The notes: a model not told the origin generated them from the sequence alone. Numbered from the stretch's first letter, positions 10,416 through 20,904 are shown. The stretch is 64,000 nt of DNA from a virus (IMGVR_UViG_3300040801_002513:2318-66317); one strand, 5' to 3'. Numbers and translations: made by a program.

Positions 10416-11825
10416 TTATTCTCCAAATATCTGAAAAACTATATCACTTGAAATCATAGTAGCTGAAAGTATCTGTGATTCACTAATAACGAACCCGCTA
10501 GGGTGGTGTCCTACCACCCCAGATGTGTTTAGCACTACAGGACTTTCAGCTAAAATAGTTGATTCCTCTATTTTTAACACAGCCCCTGTTAGATAATCAG
10601 AGCTAGAATCATCTTCATATAAAACAACAGCCCTATTATCACTTAATCTAAAAACGTTCATAAAGTCCGTATAGCCTATCTCAAACCTTACTTCTGCCCC
10701 TATAGATATGCTATTATCCATATTAATGTTTAAAACCCTAGCCTGTCCATATGGGTTTGCGTAAGTTATTACGCATTTATTCTCAGTTAAAGCCGTAATT
10801 GCTAAAAACCCTACACTTGGTCCTGTTACATTAGTTAATGGGCCTACGCTGATGGAATCATCAGAATTCCTAATTATTACTCTAGCTAAACAGTCACCAA
10901 GGTTATCAGAATCCGTAAAAAACGCGATAGCCTTATTCTCGGATAACCTTGCTGTTAAAGCATAGTTGGCTTTACTTGTGTATACGGAATATAGGCTACC
11001 GAAAGTGGGAATTGTAGAACTGTTTGGTACAGTTATTATTTGAGCTTGGAGACCCCCAGTAATGCCACTAACATGTAAAACTTTAGACTCTGTTGCGTCT
11101 GAAGTCATTAATTCCACACCAGCTTGAATACCCGTAAATAAATCATCGGTTTTATAAAAAGTGCCATAAGTTGTATTTGTAGGGTCTGGTGCAATAACCA
11201 TGACATGAGATCTGTTATAACTCAAATGTTTATAAAGAAACAGCAATCTACCATCTCCTAAAAGGGTAGTGTGAAAGTTACCCCCAGATTGAGTAGCCTG
11301 AGGGTATACTCTATTCCCCAGGTAAACTTCTCCATTTGAGTAATCTACCCAAAGGCCGTTAAGGCGACCACTGGTACCATCCTCAAAAAGTACGTATGCA
11401 CTATTTTCAGAGAGCTTAGCCATAGTAAACATCCCTGACGCATACGCATACACTTCCTTTGCCGCCCCTTTAACAGAAAAATCTAACTCTGCCTGTAAAA
11501 GAAGCCCTGAAGATCCTAATTGACCAGCCCAAACATTTGCATCCGTTGTATTATCTGTACAAACAAAAATTTCCCCAGAAACAGTGTTGAGGTAGGTCTT
11601 ACCTGTAGATGGTGGGTTAATGTTATAATTAGGTTTTGTGGTTCCACTATAATCAAACGGAACCCCGCCATTCTGAATAGGCAGTACAGAATAAGTAGAT
11701 ACTCCATCCCCTATTCTAAAAGAGCGGTTTGTCGTATCAAAACAAAGTTGTCCATCAGGTATTACTGGGTTGGCTGTTGTCCAATTAGCTGCTGTATCTC
11801 TACGCTGTCTTAATATACTAGCCAT
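10416..11825 (-). CDS. Fibre/receptor-binding protein (Mtd-N/hyaluronidase-N-like start, beta-propeller-like C-terminus)
   Basis: RQRRDTAANWTTANPVIPDGQLCFDT...IGDG N-terminus; repeated LSENKA/LTENKC/LSDNRA blades. Confidence 0.6.
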   Translation of the reverse strand: MASILRQRRDTAANWTTANPVIPDGQLCFDTTNRSFRIGDGVSTYSVLPIQNGGVPFDYSGTTKPNYNINPPSTGKTYLNTVSGEIFVCTDNTTDANVWAGQLGSSGLLLQAELDFSVKGAAKEVYAYASGMFTMAKLSENSAYVLFEDGTSGRLNGLWVDYSNGEVYLGNRVYPQATQSGGNFHTTLLGDGRLLFLYKHLSYNRSHVMVIAPDPTNTTYGTFYKTDDLFTGIQAGVELMTSDATESKVLHVSGITGGLQAQIITVPNSSTIPTFGSLYSVYTSKANYALTARLSENKAIAFFTDSDNLGDCLARVIIRNSDDSISVGPLTNVTGPSVGFLAITALTENKCVITYANPYGQARVLNINMDNSISIGAEVRFEIGYTDFMNVFRLSDNRAVVLYEDDSSSDYLTGAVLKIEESTILAESPVVLNTSGVVGHHPSGFVISESQILSATMISSDIVFQIFGE

Positions 11826-12355
11826 TATACCGCTCCTCCGCTTTCAAAATCAATATCCACTACAGAGTATACCGTAGCAGCCATACCTCCATCCAAATCT
11901 CCGTAGGTAATATCACCCCCTCCCGTAGAGGTTGCGGATATAATAGGATTTGATGGATCAGTGTTATCTATACTTATATCAGTGCCCGCCACAACTGATT
12001 GTAGGTACTGTGAATGGGGGTCCGCAACGATGTTAATATGATCATACGCCCAATTACTTGATATAGGGTCAGAAGTTGCCCCATTTACAGGGACATCATC
12101 TACATCTGATGCTGTAAGGCTCGCTTGTAAAACGCTAGCTATATATGCTTTTATAGATTGTTGGGTGGCAAGGGCATTAGCAGAATTAGAAATAAAACCG
12201 TCTTCATCTAGTATGGTAGCCCCAACTAAAGTGTTAGAAATCCCATTACCTATATATATTTTTTTAGTGTCGGTAGTATATCCCAACTCACCAAGAGCAA
12301 GAGTTGCTCCAGATAACTCAACTTCTGTACCTCTGCGTATTTTTATTTGTGCCAT
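11825..12355 (-). CDS. Fibre protein with Mtd-N-like domain
   Basis: IKIRRGT...GELGYTTDTKKIYIG; ends with DLDGG/ESGG motifs. Confidence 0.6.
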   Translation of the reverse strand: MAQIKIRRGTEVELSGATLALGELGYTTDTKKIYIGNGISNTLVGATILDEDGFISNSANALATQQSIKAYIASVLQASLTASDVDDVPVNGATSDPISSNWAYDHINIVADPHSQYLQSVVAGTDISIDNTDPSNPIISATSTGGGDITYGDLDGGMAATVYSVVDIDFESGGAV

Positions 12356-12386
12356 AATATACCTTTAGATATAAGTATTTAATTAA

Positions 12387-13364
12387 CTACACAAAAGTGC
12401 CGCCATCGGCCACTAAAAGGTCGGCAGATATCTCCTGCCCAATAATAGACATATTTATGGATGCTGTCCCTGATACCGTTGTTGCTATATGTAGCCCTGA
12501 ATACTCGGTGTTAGTTAGATGATAATATTCATCCTCAGTACCTCCCTGCTTACCACTTAAATTATTATGGGTTACGGTCGATCCAAATTTAACCCACGCA
12601 GTTCCGTTGTAAATATAAGCAGCGTCAATCGTCTCATTCCACGTATGCATACCTTCTGTAGGAACGGTCTCTATCCACGTAGCACCTTCCCACTCATAGA
12701 TATAATTAGCTGTTCCTGATATTGTGGTTGTTTCAGAAAATAACCCAGAAGCTGTGTTTATATATCTATCTCCAGAGGCAAGAGAAACTGGTTCCGAGGT
12801 TACTAGATTTAATTGATCTATTACTGAATCTTGAGGGTCAATGCCTGACACGATAGACGCTATTTCTGACCCAATCTTATCAGCAGACCACAAGTCAGTA
12901 GTAGCACTTCCAGAATCATTAATTTCTCTATGCTTACCAGCATCATTGATATGTGACCTGGCCTGAGATGCGGTTACCGTATTTGTAGTATCACTAATCT
13001 TATTTACATGGTTACTAGATAAATCAGTGTTTAATACACGACCATACGTAGTACCATCAGAAATACTATCTAAGTCATTAACTCCTGAACTTACATCTAT
13101 CCAATTAGACCCGTCATCAATATATGTACCACCTGTGTCTGACGCATGAAATAGCCTACCAGAAACCCCAGCAGCTGGGCGGCTTGCAAAAGTAGCAACA
13201 TACGCCTGTCCAATTAAATGTTTTGTGGAAGAAGTAGTTCCAGTACCTATATATACTTCTCCTGTGTCTGTAGTAAACCCTAATTCACCAACGTCTAAAT
13301 AATTACTGGAAGTTAGAGAGTTTAATTGCGCTAATGTTCCTCTTCTTATTTGTATTTTAGCCAT
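12387..13364 (-). CDS. Fibre protein with Mtd-N-like domain
   Basis: IQIRRGT...GELGFTTDTGEVYIG; HNNLSGKQGG..EYYHLT; ends ADGGTFV. Confidence 0.6.
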   Translation of the reverse strand: MAKIQIRRGTLAQLNSLTSSNYLDVGELGFTTDTGEVYIGTGTTSSTKHLIGQAYVATFASRPAAGVSGRLFHASDTGGTYIDDGSNWIDVSSGVNDLDSISDGTTYGRVLNTDLSSNHVNKISDTTNTVTASQARSHINDAGKHREINDSGSATTDLWSADKIGSEIASIVSGIDPQDSVIDQLNLVTSEPVSLASGDRYINTASGLFSETTTISGTANYIYEWEGATWIETVPTEGMHTWNETIDAAYIYNGTAWVKFGSTVTHNNLSGKQGGTEDEYYHLTNTEYSGLHIATTVSGTASINMSIIGQEISADLLVADGGTFV

Positions 13365-13384
13365 TTAAGTACCTATTTTTTTTA

Positions 13385-13678
13385 TTATATGAAAGAGCCG
13401 CCATCTATATCCCCACTACTCCCTAATTTCTCCCAATTATTTATATCAGTATAATCCTTACCTTTTAATCTATAAACACCATTATTAGCTTCTGTACCGT
13501 CATTATTAACAGATACGATCATCCCCACAAAAGAGTAATCCCCTCCATCGTTAGCCAACCACGTGGACTCTAGCAACAAGTCAGATTGGGTTTCTATCTT
13601 CTGTCTTGCGTCTAAAGGTCCTGCGACTTGTGGCTCAAAAGTAGCTGAATATGAGTTCGTGCCTTTAATTCTTACCAT
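13385..13678 (-). CDS. Small virion fibre-associated protein
   Basis: Likely start ATG at 13678, overlapping the upstream stop (TAATG); PLDAR...GMIVSV...NGVYRL; ends DIDGGSFI. Confidence 0.55.
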   Translation of the reverse strand: MVRIKGTNSYSATFEPQVAGPLDARQKIETQSDLLLESTWLANDGGDYSFVGMIVSVNNDGTEANNGVYRLKGKDYTDINNWEKLGSSGDIDGGSFI

Positions 13679-14811
13679 TATGCAACATACCACCTAGTTT
13701 GTCTGGAGCCAGTAGTTGGCCCATTATGAGTGTATCTTTTATAAGTTATTGTAGCCCCTTGTATAGTATGTTGTGTTTCAGATACAGTAAACGTATTTAA
13801 AGAATCAGATGCAGAGCCATTAATAATTTTCCACGCGCTGGCCGCAGTATCGTAAAATTCTACTTTAACTATATTCCCCCACGATAACATTGGGTCATCA
13901 GGAAATTCTACAATTTGTTTATCATCGCCCTCTTCAGCTACAAAATCTATCTGGATCATGGACCCATTAGATTGCAGAGGTCTTTTGGATAATGTAAGTA
14001 TATTAGATGTAGTCCCAAATACAGGAAGTACTCCTGTTATTATTTGTATATCCGTAGAGGTAGTCCCTGCGGGCAGCGGACTACCGTAGTCATTATTATA
14101 GGAAGATTTTGGTTGTACTCCTCCATCATAAGAAACATTATTTGTCCATACCTGGCTATTCACTTGTACAACATAGTTATATATACTTTGAGTGTTAGTT
14201 ACTTGGTCTGTGTCTATTATTGTAGATAGGTTAGTACCTGTATAGTTGTATCTATTCGGTAAACCACTTCTATATGGGCTATCTGCGTTGTATTGTGGGG
14301 TAATACTTCCACGATTAAAATTGGTTGTAAACCGTATTGACGAGATAACCTCACCTACCTCCCTAAATCCAGTTGTAGATGCTGTAAATGAACTTGATGG
14401 AGAAGTTAATGCAGGGAATTTCTCTTGTCTAATAAGAGCATCCCACATTTCTGTCATAGTAGCTTCTACAAATGTGTCGGCTTCATTAATACCTCCTACG
14501 GTTCGTTCAGCCGTACCTGTATATAAACAACTAACCAAAGACTCCTCCCCAGAATCTGTAGATCCTGCTGCTCTAATAGTAGGTATTAAACTTACAAAAG
14601 ACAAATTAGACTTTAATACTTCGGTCTCAGTCCTTAATCTAGGTGTTTTAAAAGAAGAGGTAGCGTTTAAATTAGTTAGTATCTCTTTACTTACTATACT
14701 ACTACTACTACTTCCTGTAATAGACATGTCTGTATCATAAATAGGTACATAGCTGCTTACACCGCGACCTTCCTGAATATCATCTTCTCCTAAACCTTTT
14801 AGTATTAGCAT
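13678..14811 (-). CDS. Virion structural protein (T/S-rich, beta-rich)
   Basis: 377 aa; composition and position. Confidence 0.5.
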   Translation of the reverse strand: MLILKGLGEDDIQEGRGVSSYVPIYDTDMSITGSSSSSIVSKEILTNLNATSSFKTPRLRTETEVLKSNLSFVSLIPTIRAAGSTDSGEESLVSCLYTGTAERTVGGINEADTFVEATMTEMWDALIRQEKFPALTSPSSSFTASTTGFREVGEVISSIRFTTNFNRGSITPQYNADSPYRSGLPNRYNYTGTNLSTIIDTDQVTNTQSIYNYVVQVNSQVWTNNVSYDGGVQPKSSYNNDYGSPLPAGTTSTDIQIITGVLPVFGTTSNILTLSKRPLQSNGSMIQIDFVAEEGDDKQIVEFPDDPMLSWGNIVKVEFYDTAASAWKIINGSASDSLNTFTVSETQHTIQGATITYKRYTHNGPTTGSRQTRWYVA

Positions 14812-14821
14812 AGCTTCTCCA

Positions 14822-14974
14822 TTACACTACTAGCACGTTTAAAAATGTTTTCTTCTCCAGGTAGTCTGCTTCATAGCATAAGTTAAATACAGCTATATCT
14901 GTAGTAAGGTTATCCTTGTTGAATATTATCATATAAATAACTAGGCCGCCTATAGCTACATAAACTAGAGCCAT
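14822..14974 (-). CDS. Small hypothetical membrane protein (50 aa)
   Basis: MALVYVAIGGLVIYMIIFNK...; AAGGA RBS; below the ORF track cutoff. Confidence 0.35.
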   Translation of the reverse strand: MALVYVAIGGLVIYMIIFNKDNLTTDIAVFNLCYEADYLEKKTFLNVLVV

Positions 14975-15050
14975 CTACTACTGTCCTTTATCTTTTCTAC
15001 ATATATTATATTAATGTACCCACCAAGTATACAATGTAAATATACACTAC

Positions 15051-15524
15051 TTACAAATGCATCCCCAACTCACCTATTCTTTTCTCTAAAATTCTACAAA
15101 GGGACTCTTTATTGGGCCGTGGCCTAGCTTCAACTAAGGCATATTTCAAAAGTTTAGAGTCCATTATTGTAGGTACGACATCTCTAGCTTTTCTTACTGG
15201 AAGATTTATAACGTCTTCTACGCTCATCTTACTGACTACGACTTCACCCCTCGTATTAGTCTCATAAATTTTATCTTTATGTACTTCTTTAACTTTGGCG
15301 ACTTCCGAGGTATAATCGGCATCTGTTTCTACTATAAGCCATTGGTCTTGTTTTCCTTTTAACTTAACTTCTTTAAGCCAGGCAATAAAATCCTCTTCTT
15401 TTATGTGGTGTTTCTTACCATACATACTATATAATGTATCTAAAGGAATTTGTTCTCCTGGTCTAACACTCATCTTAAAGATATGCATGTACGAAGTCAT
15501 TCTACTCTGTATATAACCTTTCAT
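15051..15524 (-). CDS. Hypothetical protein
   Basis: 157 aa with AAGGAG RBS. Confidence 0.7.
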   Translation of the reverse strand: MKGYIQSRMTSYMHIFKMSVRPGEQIPLDTLYSMYGKKHHIKEEDFIAWLKEVKLKGKQDQWLIVETDADYTSEVAKVKEVHKDKIYETNTRGEVVVSKMSVEDVINLPVRKARDVVPTIMDSKLLKYALVEARPRPNKESLCRILEKRIGELGMHL

Positions 15525-15549
15525 TTTAGTACTCCTTGTCCAAAATTTA

Positions 15550-15867
15550 TTATAAATCGTGCCTTGTCCTATCTATAATGTTATGCCATAAATTTGATAA
15601 CCTGTGTAGGAGTAACCCAACAATAAACCAATCTATTGCTGGATGTACTATATGTAAGTTCAGTAAAACTATACCCACAAAAGTACCTACCCAAACAGAC
15701 AAACAATATCCGCAGTCAACTAGAGAGTGAATAAAATTAAACACCTTATTTGACCGCCGATCAAAGAACCATTTACGTACAGGAGAAAATATCTCCGACT
15801 TAGCCAGTACCTCTACAAGTCCCTCTGTAATTATTACAGCTATTATAAATATTATTATATTACTCAT
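15550..15867 (-). CDS. Small membrane protein (DUF1360-like, CxxCxSVW)
   Basis: Hydrophobic segments and the motif LVDCGYCLSVWVG. Confidence 0.55.
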   Translation of the reverse strand: MSNIIIFIIAVIITEGLVEVLAKSEIFSPVRKWFFDRRSNKVFNFIHSLVDCGYCLSVWVGTFVGIVLLNLHIVHPAIDWFIVGLLLHRLSNLWHNIIDRTRHDL

Positions 15868-15950
15868 ATTATAAAGGAGTTAGTTTATTAAAATTTCATA
15901 CAAGTTTCCTGTACGCATATCCTCAAATCATCTAGACATTGCGTACATGT

Positions 15951-16781
15951 TTAGTCCTTGCTCTTATTTAAGTAATTTTTACTTCTATAAACAGCGGCAA
16001 GTACAGCTAGGCCTGTTCCGAAGAGAATTAAGGTGCCTGGTTCAGGCCCAGCTGCTACTGGTCGTGGTGGTACTATTATTTTTGTGTTTGTTGAAAACGA
16101 ATGGGAAATGTAAGGTATTTCTAGGAATATATTGGTGGTATGTGAGGGCCAAGTAATGTCTTCGCTATGACCAGGATCTATGAAAGCTACCTGAGGAAGG
16201 CCTCTATTTTCAGGAGGCGGCCCCGCAGAAGGTGATAACAGGATATCGTTACAGCAATATGTGCGTGCAGTATGTGTCCCATCAGTAATATAACCATCTC
16301 CCTTAGGTAATCTAATAGGTTTTGAGGTCTTTTTTATAACATCACCTTTTCTGTGGGAAACATATGCATATATTTCTTCGTTTTGCTGTCCTAATCTTGC
16401 GTTTTCCCAATCAAACCCTGAGTAATGGGCCAAAAGTACTTCGTCGTTTTGAATCGTTCTCAGGAAATCTTCCACTGAGGTAATACTGTTTTTTGGGCAC
16501 AGTCCCACCCACTCACCTGCTATCTCACTGCTGGCATCATTCACTTCCGTAATGTCTATAGTGTCCTGTTCTGGGGTTTTCTGATCGCTTTTTGTCCCTG
16601 CACTTTCAACGTTAACGGGCGTCTTTGTAACCGGTTCTGGAGTTGGTATCCTAGATGGATTGATGAAATAATATATAAGTGGGAGCACCAAAATAATAGC
16701 TAGTATGACAACAGACATACATATAAATCTAAGTCTTTTAAAAATATTATAGTGCCTAGATTTATATTTTGTAATTTTCAT
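15951..16781 (-). CDS. PEP-CTERM sorting-domain protein
   Basis: C-terminus GPEPGTLILFGTGLAVLAAVYRSK (PEP + TM helix + basic tail); N-terminal TM segment. Confidence 0.7.
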   Translation of the reverse strand: MKITKYKSRHYNIFKRLRFICMSVVILAIILVLPLIYYFINPSRIPTPEPVTKTPVNVESAGTKSDQKTPEQDTIDITEVNDASSEIAGEWVGLCPKNSITSVEDFLRTIQNDEVLLAHYSGFDWENARLGQQNEEIYAYVSHRKGDVIKKTSKPIRLPKGDGYITDGTHTARTYCCNDILLSPSAGPPPENRGLPQVAFIDPGHSEDITWPSHTTNIFLEIPYISHSFSTNTKIIVPPRPVAAGPEPGTLILFGTGLAVLAAVYRSKNYLNKSKD

Positions 16782-16879
16782 AACTTAGCTCCTTAAGTAT
16801 AAGTATAAGTATAAGTATATAATGTAATAAAAACCCCAACAACTAAGTTGAATGGGGTTCTATATAAGATATTAGAATT

Positions 16880-18283
16880 TTATTTTAATGTATAAATATA
16901 AGTTCTGTGTCCACAATCCCATATTCTATCATAACCTTGAGCTTGTCGTAACTCCCACTCAGTCTTACCCGTTAAGCGTTCCTCAGCTGTTTTACGTAAA
17001 GAGAAGTTTCGATATCTCTTACCTGACTTGAAATAGTGTGGGGTGTATTTAGTAAAATTATCTAAAGTAAAACCTATAACTTCGTACACAGGGTTAAATA
17101 TGTTACCATAACGCATATCACAATATGACTTGATATGGGTATAACCGTGAATAGACGCATACGCAGTCATACGTTTAAATAGCTTACCTACACCCCCAAC
17201 TACAGACACACCAGGTAAAGTACAGAAGCGCTTAAGTTCTAAAGTAGTATCTGTAGAAGTATGCTTTCTACCAATTTCACCCAAGCTGCCTACACACACT
17301 AATTCATCTTGATAAAATAAACCATATCTAACCACTGCAGTAGAAGCTCCTTGTACATGGTTTTCTCTATAGAATGAGTTAGCTTCTTTAGATGTTAGTT
17401 CTCCTACAGTACATTTTCTAGCAAAAATACGCCTAATAGGTTGGCCTAGTGCTTGTCTTATACGAGAAAACACAACGTCTTTCTGGTTCAGTAGCTCATC
17501 TTCGAATATAGTAATAAGTCTTACACCTTTAGCAAAACACTGCTGCATTTTATTGTAGTGGTAATCCCTAGGTCTGCCTGAAGAGACCTCCCCATGCCAA
17601 TATAAACCACATACCTCTATAGCCAGGCTATTGTCAGGGAAGTAAAAGTCTAACTCTTTAGGGCCTATAACAGATCGGTCATTATACTCCACGGATAAGT
17701 TATTAAACTCTTCTTTTATAAATGCACGTACTAGTTGCTCCGGTTTAGATATATAGTTATTTTGTGAGTAACAAATAATACAACGGTTATTATTATCCTT
17801 GAAATTATGGAAGGTGGTGGAGTATAAGTGCCCTTCTGGGCATAGAAGCACTAGCTCACTATAATGTGTAGTCTTGTATTTTTTTGCTGACACTAATTTA
17901 TAGTTTTCTAGTTCAACTGTACTCTTTATTTCCTTTAATTTTTCACCCTGTTGCCTATACTTGTTTAATTTATTAGCCTTGGACCTTAGGATAGATCGCC
18001 GCTTATCAACTACTTTTCTATTAGATCGCTTTCTTTGAATCTCACAATCTTCAGAACCACAATATTTTTTACTGGTATAATGAGTAGTAAACGTAACACC
18101 GCAAGATAAACAACTCCTGGAATATAGTTTAATATGTTTCTTTCTATTACGTTTCTTATCGTGTTCTTTTTGTGCTATTTTTATAGCCTCATCTTTACAA
18201 AAAATACAAAACTTTTGTTTGGGGCTTGTAGGGGTGTATTCTGTATCACATAGTTCACACTGTTTAGCTTTATAAATTCTCAT
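16880..18283 (-). CDS. Free-standing homing endonuclease-like protein (Zn ribbons + Vsr/PD-(D/E)XK-like + GNAT-like C-terminus; Hef-like)
   Basis: Multiple CxxC; ELDFYFPDNSLAIEVCGLYWHG; ELKRFC...SYCDMRY...RIWDCG. Confidence 0.65.
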   Translation of the reverse strand: MRIYKAKQCELCDTEYTPTSPKQKFCIFCKDEAIKIAQKEHDKKRNRKKHIKLYSRSCLSCGVTFTTHYTSKKYCGSEDCEIQRKRSNRKVVDKRRSILRSKANKLNKYRQQGEKLKEIKSTVELENYKLVSAKKYKTTHYSELVLLCPEGHLYSTTFHNFKDNNNRCIICYSQNNYISKPEQLVRAFIKEEFNNLSVEYNDRSVIGPKELDFYFPDNSLAIEVCGLYWHGEVSSGRPRDYHYNKMQQCFAKGVRLITIFEDELLNQKDVVFSRIRQALGQPIRRIFARKCTVGELTSKEANSFYRENHVQGASTAVVRYGLFYQDELVCVGSLGEIGRKHTSTDTTLELKRFCTLPGVSVVGGVGKLFKRMTAYASIHGYTHIKSYCDMRYGNIFNPVYEVIGFTLDNFTKYTPHYFKSGKRYRNFSLRKTAEERLTGKTEWELRQAQGYDRIWDCGHRTYIYTLK

Positions 18284-18316
18284 AATTACCTCTATTTAAA
18301 TGTTAATGTTCCTTAC

Positions 18317-18345
18317 ACTATACTATAGGTAGTTTATAAAAGCAA
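18317..18345 (-). promoter_or_regulatory. Sigma70-type promoter for the endonuclease gene
   Basis: TTGCTT-N17-TATAGT. Confidence 0.55.
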
Positions 18346-18366
18346 GACTTTTATGGGTACGAACAT

Positions 18367-18401
18367 AAAACCCCCAAGTAGCTAAACTACTTGGGGGTTT
18401 T
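18367..18401 (-). terminator. Intrinsic terminator after the major capsid gene
   Basis: AAAACCCCCAAGTAG/CTACTTGGGGGTTTT perfect stem with T-runs. Confidence 0.8.
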
Positions 18402-18441
18402 TAACGTGTAATGCAGTACTATTATACTAGCTCAATATCTC

Positions 18442-19512
18442 TTACAGAGATCTATCAATAACACCAGTACCAATCATTCTACTGTCTAAACATGCGAATC
18501 CAATCTCTGCCCAACCAAAGAATCCCATTTTCTGAACTCTTAACAATGTTGGGTCATCATATGCTTCATACTCTTTACGTATAGGCATAACCAAAGAATC
18601 ATTAGCAGTCATATCAAAACCATAAATCTGGGTCTCGCCTAAAGTACCTACGGTACCGTCAGCGTTAGTGATATTAGGATTGTCTAGGCTATACGCATTA
18701 TAGTTATTAGATCCGTCAGCAAGGAATTTACCATACTCTGAAGTACTACCATTGATATTGTACATACCAGGAGCACCAAGATGTTGAACCTCATGAAGAG
18801 ATACATTCCATATACTTCCCATACCAGCAGCTTGAAAAACTTCTCTACGGGTAATTGGGTCAATGTCTGTATCGGTCCATTCTCTAATGTCAGCAGCATC
18901 TTCTGGAGATACATAGAGGTCGGTCAAGGTACGTCCAGTACGCTTGAATCCTACCATCATTTTATTTACCAACTCTTTAGAGAGATAACCAGCACCAGTG
19001 GCTCCAGAAGCGATTTCATAAATTGGAGCAGGTCTTGAACCTAAAAGTCCTTTACCAGAGAAAGCAGAAGTAGCTGCAGGAACGATTACTCGCCATCCAC
19101 ATTCTTCTTCATAGTTAGCTAAGTCTTTAGCTACTCTAACAGCTGTTCTCTGAGCAACGTCGATTCTTGAATCACGAGCATAAGTAATCTTCCAGTCTGC
19201 GGAAGCGTTGATTGTGAATGTAGGTACGTATACCTCTTCACCGATACCCTCGATGAAGTTCTGAGCAGCATAACCTAACCCAGGAAGAACCCATACTGGG
19301 ATCTCGAAGTCTTCAGCTACTGGATATACAGCCTGAGCACCAGGAGCTAAACGTTCTACGTTAAAAAGCTGACGCATAATAGACTCTAATTCTATTTTTT
19401 GTAGAATAGGTACTGTTATAGCAGCAGCAAAAGCCTTATAAGCAGCCATACCTTCTTCGGTAGTAATATCTGCTGTAGCGGCAAACAATTTTTGCATTTC
19501 ATTGAGTTCCAT
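18442..19512 (-). CDS. Major capsid protein (HK97 fold)
   Basis: 356 aa downstream of portal, protease, scaffold and decoration genes; strong RBS and terminator; C-terminal GFFGWAEIGFACLD. Confidence 0.8.
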   Translation of the reverse strand: MELNEMQKLFAATADITTEEGMAAYKAFAAAITVPILQKIELESIMRQLFNVERLAPGAQAVYPVAEDFEIPVWVLPGLGYAAQNFIEGIGEEVYVPTFTINASADWKITYARDSRIDVAQRTAVRVAKDLANYEEECGWRVIVPAATSAFSGKGLLGSRPAPIYEIASGATGAGYLSKELVNKMMVGFKRTGRTLTDLYVSPEDAADIREWTDTDIDPITRREVFQAAGMGSIWNVSLHEVQHLGAPGMYNINGSTSEYGKFLADGSNNYNAYSLDNPNITNADGTVGTLGETQIYGFDMTANDSLVMPIRKEYEAYDDPTLLRVQKMGFFGWAEIGFACLDSRMIGTGVIDRSL

Positions 19513-19576
19513 AAGAACCTCCTTATTTATTTAGTTATGGAAGGGCGGACAAGCCGCCCCTTAATCCATTCAATTA

Positions 19577-20197
19577 TTATACTATTAACTTAACTCTGAT
19601 TGGATACAGAGTGGTATTACCCATAGTAGCGGAGGCCTTAGCGGCGCTAACGCCTTTAAGAACTCTAGCAACAACAGTAGAACTACATCTCTCACCATTA
19701 ACATCAGTACCATCAGAAGATACAGTGGAGTTGGTCAACTTAGCTTCATCAGCAGCAGCAAACAAGCTCTGTCCTGGCTTAGGTTGGTCACCCGCATCAC
19801 AAACTTTAGTAGTTGTGGTTTGTAAGGTGGTATAATGAACTGTGTCATAAATACCCAAGTGAGCTACACCTACAGGAACCTCATCAGTACCTGAGATAGC
19901 ACCGGTAGAGTCATATATAGGCTGAGCAATAGCATCGCTGGAACCTAAGTCACCAGGAAGCATCATACCTACTGGATGTACTGAATGATATCCAGTTTTA
20001 ACTTTTTGTAAACAAAAACCAAAAGGGGCCTCAGTAACTCCGTGAGCCATCTTTTTAACTATAGAGTCATCAGCAGTAGGGTCAAGGTATACAACAGAAC
20101 CTGCATACGCTACAACACTACCAGTACCAGTGGTAACTGCAGAACTTCCGTATTTGCAGAACTGGTTTTCAATTACAGGGTGTCTAGGAATAAACAT
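19577..20197 (-). CDS. Capsid decoration/cement protein
   Basis: 206 aa, G/T/A/V-rich, between scaffold and capsid genes. Confidence 0.6.
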   Translation of the reverse strand: MFIPRHPVIENQFCKYGSSAVTTGTGSVVAYAGSVVYLDPTADDSIVKKMAHGVTEAPFGFCLQKVKTGYHSVHPVGMMLPGDLGSSDAIAQPIYDSTGAISGTDEVPVGVAHLGIYDTVHYTTLQTTTTKVCDAGDQPKPGQSLFAAADEAKLTNSTVSSDGTDVNGERCSSTVVARVLKGVSAAKASATMGNTTLYPIRVKLIV

Positions 20198-20214
20198 ATT
20201 TCATCCTCCTCAAT

Positions 20215-20904
20215 TTATTTATTTTTGATAGCGTCAGCCATAGCTTTTCCCAAGTCAGCATACTTTTTTGCTAAATCTTGAGAAGGTTGCGATTCCAAAT
20301 TCAACGCGGCCTGTGCTGTTTTTCCAGGGTCTACATTTGCAGGAGGTGTAGTGTCATCAGTATCAACATCATCCTCGGCATCAGAAGCTTTTTCTTTCCC
20401 CTTTAAAGATTCTATTACTTGCGCTTTGATAGATACCAATTCTTCTTGGTAAGCCGCGAATTCTTCGTCAGACATTACCATAACTTTGGCTTTCTGAACA
20501 TCGGCAGCTTCTCTAACTACGCCAGCAGTACTTAACTCTGCCATACGCTTGTCAGCAGTAATCTCTTGTTTCATTGTAGACAACTCAAGGGTCACTTTTT
20601 CTAATTCAGCTTCTACAGCTTCTTTAGCTTCTGTGAGGTCTTTAACTACTACTTCATGAGCTTCTACAGTTGCAGCTGTGTCAGCTGCGGCAGTTTCAAT
20701 TTGTTCCTTAAGTTCAGCAACTTCTACATCTTTAGCTTCTACAGCTTCAACGCTAGCAGTTACTTGCTCAGTAAGGTCTTGAATTTTATCTGCAGATGCC
20801 TGCAAGGCATCTTCGGTTCTCTGACGAATAGTCTCTTTTTCCTTACTAGCGAAAATAGCAGTGACTACGTCTTCCACCTGTTGTTTCAATTTGTCTTCCA
20901 TCAT
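20215..20904 (-). CDS. Capsid scaffolding protein
   Basis: Acidic coiled-coil between protease and capsid genes. Confidence 0.65.
   Translation of the reverse strand: MMEDKLKQQVEDVVTAIFASKEKETIRQRTEDALQASADKIQDLTEQVTASVEAVEAKDVEVAELKEQIETAAADTAATVEAHEVVVKDLTEAKEAVEAELEKVTLELSTMKQEITADKRMAELSTAGVVREAADVQKAKVMVMSDEEFAAYQEELVSIKAQVIESLKGKEKASDAEDDVDTDDTTPPANVDPGKTAQAALNLESQPSQDLAKKYADLGKAMADAIKNK

Noticed and set aside
10416-13364. Diversity-generating retroelement targeting Mtd-like fibres
   Set aside because: Only the Mtd N-terminal-like domain is present; no reverse transcriptase or TR/VR pair seen.
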